DNA of 59,649 bases from a virus (taxonomy: Duplodnaviria; Caudoviricetes): the IMG/VR virus record IMGVR_UViG_3300029823_000290, positions 1-59,649 of that record. The stretch is one strand, 5' to 3'. The translations under genes were made by a program, and so were the position numbers. Below the pieces are notes generated by a model. That model had not been told where the DNA came from and ran no database searches. It worked only from the letters and a program-made list of their open reading frames with translations. Below, piece by piece: positions 19,851 to 27,677 of the stretch. Every line of letters starts with the position of its first letter. Position 1 is the first letter of the stretch.

Positions 19851-21651
19851 TGCCATTCTTGCAGAACTAAAGGCAAAAATTTCAAAGCAACATGAGGGTG
19901 ATGAAAAACAACTTGAAGTTATCTTTTCAGATAGTCCACGCTTGATAGTGGAAGCACCTGCCGGGTATGGTAAGACGACCACTATGATTAGCCGCATTGC
20001 TTACCTGTACGCTTCAGGTGGCATACCAAACCCCAAGCGTATACTAGGATTAACCTTTAGCGTGAATGCCGCACTGAAAGTCAAACGGGAAGTCGCAGAG
20101 AAATTGCCCGTACTCCTTGGCGAACAAAACAGTCCGGTTGCCATAGGCGAGAAAGTAACTGTCACGAACTACCACGGGTTTTGCAAGGGGGTTTTGAAAA
20201 AGTACGGCTATCTCATCTCTGACGTATTGCGAAAAGATGTCAATCTATTCAAGGCGATCAGCGAAAGTGAAATTAGCAGACGCCAAGATCTAAATACTAC
20301 TTTATCTGCATCAGAAACCCAGCGGCTTGAAGGTATAGAAACCTCCATTAAGGCTTCCAGTGCTCCTGATGCACAGACTATACACGAATACAATGACATC
20401 GTTATCAGGAAACTCCTGCCTTTGGAATACATTACACATAACGCTGTCATTCTGTTTGTGCTGGATATTTTCGCACGCTTCCCTGAGGTAAGGAAGTTCT
20501 ATCAAAGCTACTACCCGCTACTCGTTGTCGACGAGTTTCAAGATACAAACTGCATTGCTTGGTCTTTACTAGAGTCAATGATCTCCGTCCATACCCAATT
20601 GGTTTTTCTTGGAGATCCTTTGCAGCGTATTTACGGTTTCATTGGGGCGTTGCCTGATATAATGTCTACGGCAACATCGAAATATGGTATGACCCAAATA
20701 GCACTTGTTAAGAACTACCGCTTCCGCAACAATCCGGAGATGCTTAAGCTTGACGCAAATATTAGGGCGAACGCAGCGACTTGCTTTGACCCAAAGATTA
20801 CTGATTCTGATACTGCAAGACTACCAGCATTTTGGGGGAGCACTCAGAAAGAGGAGGCGTGCAAGGTTATTGCGAAAGTACAAAGCCTTCTACAAGACGA
20901 TACGAGTAAAATAGCTATACTCTTTCGCGGACGTGGAAAAAACGCCGAAATTGTCGAAGCGGAACTTTCAAATAATAGTATCCCGTATTTCTACGGTATG
21001 TTTACTGACGAAGACTTGGATTATGTAGAATTCCACAACAAATGCCAGGAAATGTTCATCAAGAGATTTGGCAAATCTAAGAACATAAATAAGAAAGCTC
21101 TAATCGCGTTTGCTGAAAGCATTAAGACTGCTTATTCACAATCAAACATGAAGACTATTGATTCCCTGCTTTATTTGCTTGACGCTCTAGTAGAGAAAGT
21201 ATCGGTTGATTATTCTGATTTGTTGTCTGAGGACAAATACACATTGTTATTGGATATCTTTGAGAACAGACAACTAAAACAGGCAATGGAGTATGTAGAT
21301 TCTCGGGTGATACTCTCGACTGTCCATGGAGCGAAAGGGCTTGAATGGGATTATGTTATTCTTTCTGATGTTGAACAGTGGGTTTTTACTTTCTTGTGCA
21401 GAGATTGTCCAAGCTTAAGAAATACATCAAGCAGTGCATTTTGCAAACTGCCGAAAACGTTACCTGAACAAATGAAGAACCCAATATTGGACGATCTTTG
21501 CGTGTTTTATGTTGGCTTGACAAGAGCTAGAAAACAAGCATATCTTTCAGCAAGTGCTGAACGGTTTAATGCAAGAGGTCAGCGGTTCACAAACGGAAAA
21601 ATCTGCTGTTTAGCTTTGGTAGATGGTGTTAAGCTGGTGGAAGCTGATTAG
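19843..21651 (+). CDS. UvrD/SF1 helicase (Gabija GajB-like)
   Basis: TTG start after GGGAGG overlapping the OLD stop. APAGYGKTT, VDEFQD, GDPLQRIY, NYR, TVHGAKGLEWD and YVGLTRAR motifs. Confidence 0.88.
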   Translation: MPNAILAELKAKISKQHEGDEKQLEVIFSDSPRLIVEAPAGYGKTTTMISRIAYLYASGGIPNPKRILGLTFSVNAALKVKREVAEKLPVLLGEQNSPVAIGEKVTVTNYHGFCKGVLKKYGYLISDVLRKDVNLFKAISESEISRRQDLNTTLSASETQRLEGIETSIKASSAPDAQTIHEYNDIVIRKLLPLEYITHNAVILFVLDIFARFPEVRKFYQSYYPLLVVDEFQDTNCIAWSLLESMISVHTQLVFLGDPLQRIYGFIGALPDIMSTATSKYGMTQIALVKNYRFRNNPEMLKLDANIRANAATCFDPKITDSDTARLPAFWGSTQKEEACKVIAKVQSLLQDDTSKIAILFRGRGKNAEIVEAELSNNSIPYFYGMFTDEDLDYVEFHNKCQEMFIKRFGKSKNINKKALIAFAESIKTAYSQSNMKTIDSLLYLLDALVEKVSVDYSDLLSEDKYTLLLDIFENRQLKQAMEYVDSRVILSTVHGAKGLEWDYVILSDVEQWVFTFLCRDCPSLRNTSSSAFCKLPKTLPEQMKNPILDDLCVFYVGLTRARKQAYLSASAERFNARGQRFTNGKICCLALVDGVKLVEAD

Positions 21652-21776
21652 TGTCTTTGATAACGTAAAAGTTGACCACATAAGTTAAAAACGATAACGA
21701 AAAAGTTGACCACCCCAACCAACCTTTCCTGTAAGCTATGAGTTGTGCAAACACCAAAGCTGCAGGAGGAAAAGGA

Positions 21777-23303
21777 ATGATTGGGATGGCTACCAAAGAG
21801 TATATCAGGAAAATGCATTTTGTTGAAGGAGCATCCATACGTTGGATATCCAAGGAGACCGGGCATTCCCGGCAGTACATACGCAAAGTGATTGCTGAGG
21901 AAGTGCCCACCATACCCAAATACACACTGACAAAGATCAAAGAAAAGCCGGTCATGGGGCCATACCTGGACATCATCACTAGCTGGCTGCAAGAAGATGA
22001 GAACCGGCCGAAAAAGCAGCGGCACACTGCCGCTAGGATATATGAACGACTGTGTGAAGAACATAGTTTTACCGGCAGCCAATCAACTGTCAGGCACTGT
22101 GTCAGGGAAATTAAAAAGCAATTAGGGAACGATAAACAAGAAGTCTTCATTCCTTTGCAATTTGAACTTGGCAGCCACGCTCAGGTAGACTGGGGTGAAG
22201 CCGAGGTCATTTTGCAGAGTAAAAGCCAGAAGGTCTATCTTTTCGTGATGAAACTATCGGGTAGCCGCGACCCGTTCATGGTAGCCTTTCCCTCAGCCCG
22301 TCAGGAGGCATTTTTTGAAGGTCACAAGCAGGCTTTCGAATACTTCAGGGGAATCCCTAAAACTATCGTATACGACAATCTGAAAACTGCGGTAGCCCGA
22401 GTATTACAGGGAAAGGATCGTAAAGAACAGGATGCCTTTATGGCCTTCAAAGCCCATTACCTTTTCGAGGCTGAGTTCTGTAATGTGAGGCGGGGAAATG
22501 AAAAAGGCCAGGTCGAAAACGAGGTAGGCTATCTTAGACGAAACATCCTGGTTCCTATCCCCGAGGTAGCTTCCCTTGAAGAGCTAAACCAGTTGATACT
22601 GATGAAGCTTTCAAAGTTACGCCAGACCAGGATAGTACCTCATACTAAAAAGACTATTGCGGAGGTGTTTCAAGAGGAGAAACAATTGTTGCTGCCCCTG
22701 CCCCGGTACCCCTTTGACTGTTGTGTAGTGGTGCCTGCCAAAAGCTCCAAGGAAAGCACGGTGCGTTTTGATAACAACCGTTATTCAGTACCCAGTCGTT
22801 ATGCCCGGTGCCGGATACATATCAAAAGCTATGTAAATGAAGTCCACATCTTCTACGAAGACCAGTTGATAGCAGTTCATCCTCGTTGTTACGAGCGAGG
22901 CCAGGATATACTCGACCTAAGTCACTATCTTGATGTACTGGAGCGCAAGCCATACGCCCTAAACCACGCCAAGGCTTTCAAAGAGGCGGGCTTGCCGGAG
23001 ATATACCACCAGTACCTGGCTATACTCAGACAAAAGAACGATAAAGCCAACCTTGAGTTTGTAAAAATACTAAAACTTAGAGTTAAACATGGGCCGGAGG
23101 TGATTGATGAAATTCTGCAAATGGCCATGGACTGTTCCGTTTATCACTATGATGGCATTAAAGCCCTGTTCGACAGCTTTGCTGCGGCAGAATACTCGCC
23201 CTGTAGCATGAGCTGGGAACAGGTAAAGGACATATCTGAATTTAGCGTCAAACCGCCCAATCTCAGTTGCTTTGACCAACTTTTAAAGGGAGGTGCAGCA
23301 TAG
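21777..23303 (+). CDS. istA: IS21 transposase IstA
   Basis: QRHTAARIYERL, AQVDWGE, YDNLKTAV, EKGQVE and DNNRYSVP motifs. Confidence 0.95.
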   Translation: MIGMATKEYIRKMHFVEGASIRWISKETGHSRQYIRKVIAEEVPTIPKYTLTKIKEKPVMGPYLDIITSWLQEDENRPKKQRHTAARIYERLCEEHSFTGSQSTVRHCVREIKKQLGNDKQEVFIPLQFELGSHAQVDWGEAEVILQSKSQKVYLFVMKLSGSRDPFMVAFPSARQEAFFEGHKQAFEYFRGIPKTIVYDNLKTAVARVLQGKDRKEQDAFMAFKAHYLFEAEFCNVRRGNEKGQVENEVGYLRRNILVPIPEVASLEELNQLILMKLSKLRQTRIVPHTKKTIAEVFQEEKQLLLPLPRYPFDCCVVVPAKSSKESTVRFDNNRYSVPSRYARCRIHIKSYVNEVHIFYEDQLIAVHPRCYERGQDILDLSHYLDVLERKPYALNHAKAFKEAGLPEIYHQYLAILRQKNDKANLEFVKILKLRVKHGPEVIDEILQMAMDCSVYHYDGIKALFDSFAAAEYSPCSMSWEQVKDISEFSVKPPNLSCFDQLLKGGAA

Positions 23304-24064
23304 TAGACATTGAGGCAAGGCTCAAGGAATATATTAAGACTTTAAAACTACCTACTGTTGGCCAGAACTATCAAGAACTGGCTCGGCAAGCGGAAAGCGA
23401 GTGCTTAAGCTATGAAGAATACCTTCTTAATCTTCTGGAACGCGAGGTGAATAAACGAGAAGAAAACCAGGTAAGAAGGTTAATCAACCAGGCTAGGTTT
23501 CCCTTGAAAAAGACTCTGGACAGCTTTGATTTCGAGCAAATACCAAGCCTTAACCAACCCAAAGTACTAACCCTTTCCCGGGGCCAATTCATAAAGGACA
23601 AGGAGAATGTTATCCTGGCTGGCAACTCCGGTACCGGCAAAACCCACTTGGCAATAGCCCTGGGCATCTGTGCCTGCCAGTTGCGCTACAAGGTTGGATT
23701 TTACACAGCCGCCGGATTGGTGAATGAGTTGACTGAAATGGAGAGTGAGAAAAGGCTACTAAAATACCAGAAACAATGGCTGCGCTACGATTTAGTCATC
23801 GTTGATGAGCTTGGCTATATCCCGTTTAACCGCCGTTCAGCAGAACTTCTGTTTCAATTCTTTTCTAGCCGTTATGAAAGAGGCAGTATGATCATTACCA
23901 CCAACCTTGAATTCTCCGAGTGGAATCAGATCTTTGGTGATGAAAAGATGACTGCGGCTCTTTTGGATCGGATTACCCATAACGCCCATATCCTGATTAC
24001 CAACGGCGAGAGTTTCCGGCTCAAACAGACCGTGAAGAGGCAGCGTCAGTCACGACCCGCCTAA
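23300..24064 (+). CDS. istB: IS21 helper ATPase IstB (in-frame start after the RBS is ATA)
   Basis: GNSGTGKTHLA, VDELGY, RYERGS, ITTNL and LDRITH motifs; frame open from 23300 with the N-terminal LKLP motif. Confidence 0.9.
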   Translation: MVDIEARLKEYIKTLKLPTVGQNYQELARQAESECLSYEEYLLNLLEREVNKREENQVRRLINQARFPLKKTLDSFDFEQIPSLNQPKVLTLSRGQFIKDKENVILAGNSGTGKTHLAIALGICACQLRYKVGFYTAAGLVNELTEMESEKRLLKYQKQWLRYDLVIVDELGYIPFNRRSAELLFQFFSSRYERGSMIITTNLEFSEWNQIFGDEKMTAALLDRITHNAHILITNGESFRLKQTVKRQRQSRPA

Positions 24065-24162
24065 CCATTATTTTTTTACCCTGGGTGGTCAACTTTTTCA
24101 TGAGCGCGGTGGTAAACTTTTTAATTGACAAAGACAATTAGTGGTGATTTAGGATATATTTC

Positions 24163-24230
24163 AACGATTATCCCTAACTTTAAACGATTACCGGTTGGTA
24201 ATGCACACCCCTGCAAAATTTTAACGATTA
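24163..24230 (+). repeat. Three AACGATTA direct repeats
   Basis: Copies start at 24163, 24183 and 24223. Confidence 0.6.
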
Positions 24231-24356
24231 TTCCAATCAACCTCAACGGAAAACGGACGGATTAAATTTCGTTAGCACCAAATAACCCGCCAGAAATCGA
24301 GAAAGCCGCTCCGCTAAAACTCAGGAACGGCTTTATTGTCAGCTTTTCAGGCAATA

Positions 24357-24400
24357 TAAAAACCACCCACCGATAAAATTCTTTTTATCAATAGATGGTA
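24357..24400 (-). terminator. Terminator-like hairpin downstream of the displaced ssrA 3' end
   Basis: Minus strand ACCATCTATTGATAAAA/TTTTATCGGTGGGTGGT (G-U-rich stem) followed by TTTT. Confidence 0.6.
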
Positions 24401-24406
24401 GATAAT

Positions 24407-24421
24407 CTGGTGGAGGCGGGG
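24407..24421. repeat. Left attachment junction (duplicated ssrA 3' end)
   Basis: CTGGTGGAGGCGGGG is identical to 59572-59586. Confidence 0.9.
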
Positions 24422-24518
24422 CGTACCCAGTAGTATGCAGAAATATAATAAAAGCTGCTAAAGAGTTGCCTATTCCCTTTATATCAGCATTAGTAACCTA
24501 TCCGCCAGATCAATTCTC

Positions 24519-25520
24519 CTATTGAACCAAGTGCTTTCTATAAGCCTCCCGTTTTTTACTTTCACTCACCTGGGCATACACCTGCGTTGTGGCTGGATCG
24601 GAATGGCCCAGGAGTGCTTGAACGCTGGACAGATCAGCTCCGTTGTTGAGTGTCAAGGTCGCGAACGTATGCCTGAACGTATGCGGATGAATACTTTTTT
24701 GAATTCCCGTTCTGGCGGCTATAACTTTAATAGCCCGTTGGATAGCTCTATTGGATACTCGCCTGTATGGCCGCCGCTCGGTGATAAATAGAGCCGGTTC
24801 ATCGTCTAGGCGTTGCAGCACATACTTTTTGAGATGATATAAGGCCTTGTAGCTCAGATACACTTCGCGCTCTTTATTTCCTTTGCCGATTACGCGTGCG
24901 CTCATGGCCTGGTAGTTTATATCGGATTTGTTCAGTGCTTCGATTTCTGATAACCTACCTCCCGTAGCGTAGAATACTTCGACTAGAGCTCTTTCTCGGG
25001 GAGTTATGCAGGACTCCCGTATCATTTCTAACTCCTCAATAGTTAGGGCTTTGGGCAATCGTTGCTCCTTTTTGGGCGGTTTAATTCTACGAACTGGATC
25101 TTTTGCTATAATCTCTTCATCGGCCAACCAAGCGAAAAAGGACTTCAGGACGGAAAGTTTCTTCGAGACCGAGGACATTTTAAGATTTTCGAAATGGCTT
25201 AGGTAATCCCTGATGTCTGTGGTAGCTATTTGGTTAATTGGCGTGGAAACGTACTGAGAGAATATACGGAGCTCCAGAGCGTAATCCTTCATAGTTAGCT
25301 CTGATAAGCCCTCTAATCTTTTTGCTGATAGGAACTGGTCTGCCTTATCCCTAATATCAGGATGCGCTCCTGGCAGTCTAGCTAACTGGATGTCATACAA
25401 AGACAATATCCCTGTTAAAGTCATATGTAGCTTTATAAAAGGAATGTCGAAACATAAATCAGAAATGGACGTTTCAAGTTGGGTAAGCAGTTGCTCCCCA
25501 ACCTGGGTGGAATATGACAT
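24519..25520 (-). CDS. XerD-like tyrosine recombinase
   Basis: TGGRLSE, GKGNKER, HPHTFRHTFAT and LLGHSDPATTQVY motifs. Start MSYSTQ after GGGAGG. Confidence 0.92.
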   Translation of the reverse strand: MSYSTQVGEQLLTQLETSISDLCFDIPFIKLHMTLTGILSLYDIQLARLPGAHPDIRDKADQFLSAKRLEGLSELTMKDYALELRIFSQYVSTPINQIATTDIRDYLSHFENLKMSSVSKKLSVLKSFFAWLADEEIIAKDPVRRIKPPKKEQRLPKALTIEELEMIRESCITPRERALVEVFYATGGRLSEIEALNKSDINYQAMSARVIGKGNKEREVYLSYKALYHLKKYVLQRLDDEPALFITERRPYRRVSNRAIQRAIKVIAARTGIQKSIHPHTFRHTFATLTLNNGADLSSVQALLGHSDPATTQVYAQVSESKKREAYRKHLVQ

Positions 25521-25630
25521 ATATGATACCTCCCGTATGGTATTTTTGACCCCGTAGAAAAGATGCAAAGCAGGTGGTGCCTACGGGAGCACCAAGTTGG
25601 GGAGCTACCCCAACTCTTTTACCTGCTTCT
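25521..25630 (-). ncRNA. Structured cis-regulatory leader RNA of the XerD-like gene
   Basis: Three-way junction (25568-25628) plus an SD hairpin; begins just after an extended -10 TGGTATGAT. Confidence 0.6.
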
Positions 25631-25667
25631 ATCGTATCATACCACGAAACCAGTAACAATATAAATC

Positions 25668-25681
25668 CGAACATTCGTTTC
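25668..25681. promoter_or_regulatory. LexA/DinR (SOS) box
   Basis: CGAACATTCGTTTC versus the Firmicutes consensus CGAACRNRYGTTYC (1 mismatch); adjacent to the -35 region of the recombinase promoter. Confidence 0.65.
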
Positions 25682-25716
25682 TAAAAAATCAATTTTAAGA
25701 TTTATTAATTTAGGTA

Positions 25717-25745
25717 TTGCCTTTTATTTAATAAAGGTATATACT
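25717..25745 (+). promoter_or_regulatory. SigA promoter of a two-gene moron
   Basis: TTGCCT-17 bp-TATACT, with a palindromic spacer. Confidence 0.7.
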
Positions 25746-25772
25746 TATATTAAAGAAGATATTAGAGAGGAT

Positions 25773-25964
25773 GTGAATAGCATGTATAAACTTATAGGGG
25801 CAATTACTCTACTGCAGCGGGAAATTGCAGAATATAAAGAGTTATTTGAATCTGCTACGCTGGACGGTTATGATATTGATATAATTATTAAAAGGATTGA
25901 CGATTTTAGTGATATGCTGTGTGATTATAATAATAGGATTTTAGATTCATATCCAGAGGAGTAG
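25773..25964 (+). CDS. Small acidic hypothetical protein (moron)
   Basis: GAGAGG RBS, GTG start, AT-rich, oriented opposite to the late genes. Confidence 0.6.
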   Translation: MNSMYKLIGAITLLQREIAEYKELFESATLDGYDIDIIIKRIDDFSDMLCDYNNRILDSYPEE

Positions 25965-25966
25965 TT

Positions 25967-26152
25967 ATGGTAAGAAAAGAGAAAATTAAACATCCTGGAC
26001 CTGGCCGACCGGCCATGTCTGAAGATGAAAAACGCCGGCCCCGGAGTTTTAAGGCTACAGATGAAGAATGGCAAAAAATGCAGAGCCTTGCCGATCAAGA
26101 AGGAATCAGTGTCGCAGAGTTAATAAGGCAGAGAGTATTGGGGGCTGATTAG
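25967..26152 (+). CDS. Ribbon-helix-helix (CopG/MobC-like) DNA-binding protein
   Basis: GPGRP...RSFKATDEEWQKMQSLADQEGISVAELIR; followed by the hairpin GGGGGCT...GGCCCCC. Confidence 0.75.
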   Translation: MVRKEKIKHPGPGRPAMSEDEKRRPRSFKATDEEWQKMQSLADQEGISVAELIRQRVLGAD

Positions 26153-26183
26153 GCCCCCGTAGATCCGGATCATCTCCTCTCGA

Positions 26184-26384
26184 TCAGTACCCGATAGCTA
26201 CACCTACGACCGTGACCAGAGCTGCCAGACCGTTGGCAATACTATTGACCTGGTCATCTGATACCAGTTGTAACCCAAAGGCATCTGTGACCAATTTAGC
26301 GGCTCCTAAAAGAGCCACGTAAAAAGCCGGCTTGCATAGCCGGCTGTAGAGCTTTTCTTTATTATCTTTTTGCTTTTCATCCAT
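26184..26384 (-). CDS. Phage holin
   Basis: 66 aa with two hydrophobic helices; directly after the endolysin. Confidence 0.75.
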   Translation of the reverse strand: MDEKQKDNKEKLYSRLCKPAFYVALLGAAKLVTDAFGLQLVSDDQVNSIANGLAALVTVVGVAIGY

Positions 26385-26386
26385 TT

Positions 26387-27079
26387 TTATTTCCCTCCAA
26401 ACGCTTTATAAAGAATCAATACAACTTGCTCCTTGGTAATTGTCTGTTTGGGATTATTGTCGGCGATTAGCCCCTTCGATACCGCCCATTCCCAGGCCGT
26501 ATTTGCCCATTCCGATACAGTATTGTCCACCGTTTTTACCTCCTTTTTGATTCCAAAGTAATCTAAAACTCCATCCGCAATTGCCTGAGCTATTTTCATA
26601 TGCGTCTCAGACTGCCGGAGCTGTTTTTCCTGATCTGGGTTGCTTATAAAACCGCACTCACACAAAATAGCAGGCATTTTGGTCTCTCTGGTCATGTGCA
26701 GATTTTTTACCCGGATACCACCATCCGGCCAGGTTGTGGCCTGCACTAACTTATTTTGCACCTTTCCAGCCAATTTCTCGGCCTCACCGCCCTGAGCCTG
26801 GATAAATGTTGATATGTAATTTGCCTGCTGGCTGCCGGCCGAATTACAGTGCACTGATATGGCCAAATCGCATTTCATGTTATTTATAAGCGATGACCGG
26901 GTTATGAGCTCCATGGTGCGATCGTCTGACCGGGTCATAAAGGTTTCTATGCCAGCAGCCTGCAATAGTCTGTCCAGTTCCCTCGAGATGGCCAGCGTCA
27001 CATCTTTTTCATACAACCTAGTGGGGCCTATCGCTCCCGGGTCAGCACCGCCGTGTCCTGGGTCTATTCCGATTTTCAT
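26387..27079 (-). CDS. N-acetylmuramoyl-L-alanine amidase endolysin with an SLH-like C-terminus
   Basis: IDPGHGGADPGA, ISVHCNS and AILCECGFISN motifs; WANTAWEWAVSKGLI...PKQTITK. Confidence 0.92.
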   Translation of the reverse strand: MKIGIDPGHGGADPGAIGPTRLYEKDVTLAISRELDRLLQAAGIETFMTRSDDRTMELITRSSLINNMKCDLAISVHCNSAGSQQANYISTFIQAQGGEAEKLAGKVQNKLVQATTWPDGGIRVKNLHMTRETKMPAILCECGFISNPDQEKQLRQSETHMKIAQAIADGVLDYFGIKKEVKTVDNTVSEWANTAWEWAVSKGLIADNNPKQTITKEQVVLILYKAFGGK

Positions 27080-27096
27080 AAAATCACCTTACCTTT

Positions 27097-27276
27097 CTAT
27101 CGCCCTGCAAACCAACCTACAGAAGCAGTTAAAATAGCTATTAAGACTGTAGCCCAGTTTGGTAGGCGATTGGTTAATTGATCCTTAATTTCCTTCATAT
27201 CATTTTTGAGCTCAGTAACATCATTGAATAGTGTTTTGATCTGCTCCTGCAACCGGGCTACTTCTTGATCCGCCAA
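27097..27276 (-). CDS. XhlA-like membrane lysis accessory protein
   Basis: Coiled coil plus a C-terminal TM helix; upstream of the endolysin. Confidence 0.65.
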   Translation of the reverse strand: MADQEVARLQEQIKTLFNDVTELKNDMKEIKDQLTNRLPNWATVLIAILTASVGWFAGR

Positions 27277-27411
27277 TATCATCTCCTCCCATCCCAATAA
27301 GATAGCCGCTCTAAAATCCCAATCGCTTGGTAATTTATTGAGCGGCTTTTGTCTAAAACCTACTTATAATATAAGTACTAAAAGAACAAATCCTTGCTGC
27401 GCATAATTAGT

Positions 27412-27666
27412 CTACTGCGTAACAAACTCCACTTCTTCTGTATCGGGATTTATTCGATATCCTCTACAAATTGCGAAGCTATCGCTTAATTCTCCGAAGG
27501 TGAGTTGTTTAACCCCTAAATGTTCCGGTGCAATTAATGTCAATACTGGCATTACTTCCATATCCTGCTCCAGCGTGGTTTCTACCACATCGCCTTCCAT
27601 TTGGCCTTTATCCCAAATCACAACGCCATTCGTTTTCTTATAATATATTTTTCGTCCTATTTGCAT
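27412..27666 (-). CDS. Tail-fibre assembly chaperone-like protein
   Basis: MQIGRKIYY...GYRINPDTEEVEF; follows the fibre gene. Confidence 0.65.
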   Translation of the reverse strand: MQIGRKIYYKKTNGVVIWDKGQMEGDVVETTLEQDMEVMPVLTLIAPEHLGVKQLTFGELSDSFAICRGYRINPDTEEVEFVTQ

Positions 27667-27677
27667 TTCATTACCTC

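Larger units (their letters stand above)
21652..24136 (+). mobile_element. IS21-family insertion sequence
   Basis: Ends TGTCTTTG...CAAAGACA; internal AAAAGTT(G/T)ACCAC repeats at both ends; 5-bp target duplication ATTAG (21647-21651 and 24137-24141); istA-istB. Confidence 0.95.
1..24406. mobile_element. Defective (internally deleted) prophage/genomic island carrying a defence cargo; continues beyond the left edge
   Basis: Phage replication genes (DUF2800, DUF2815, PolA) are joined directly to tail and lysis genes. The right end abuts the displaced ssrA 3' fragment at 24407-24421. Confidence 0.8.

Noticed and set aside
24407-24421. Separate tRNA gene at the left junction
   Set aside because: Only about 14 nt of the acceptor end is present. 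It is the duplicated att core.
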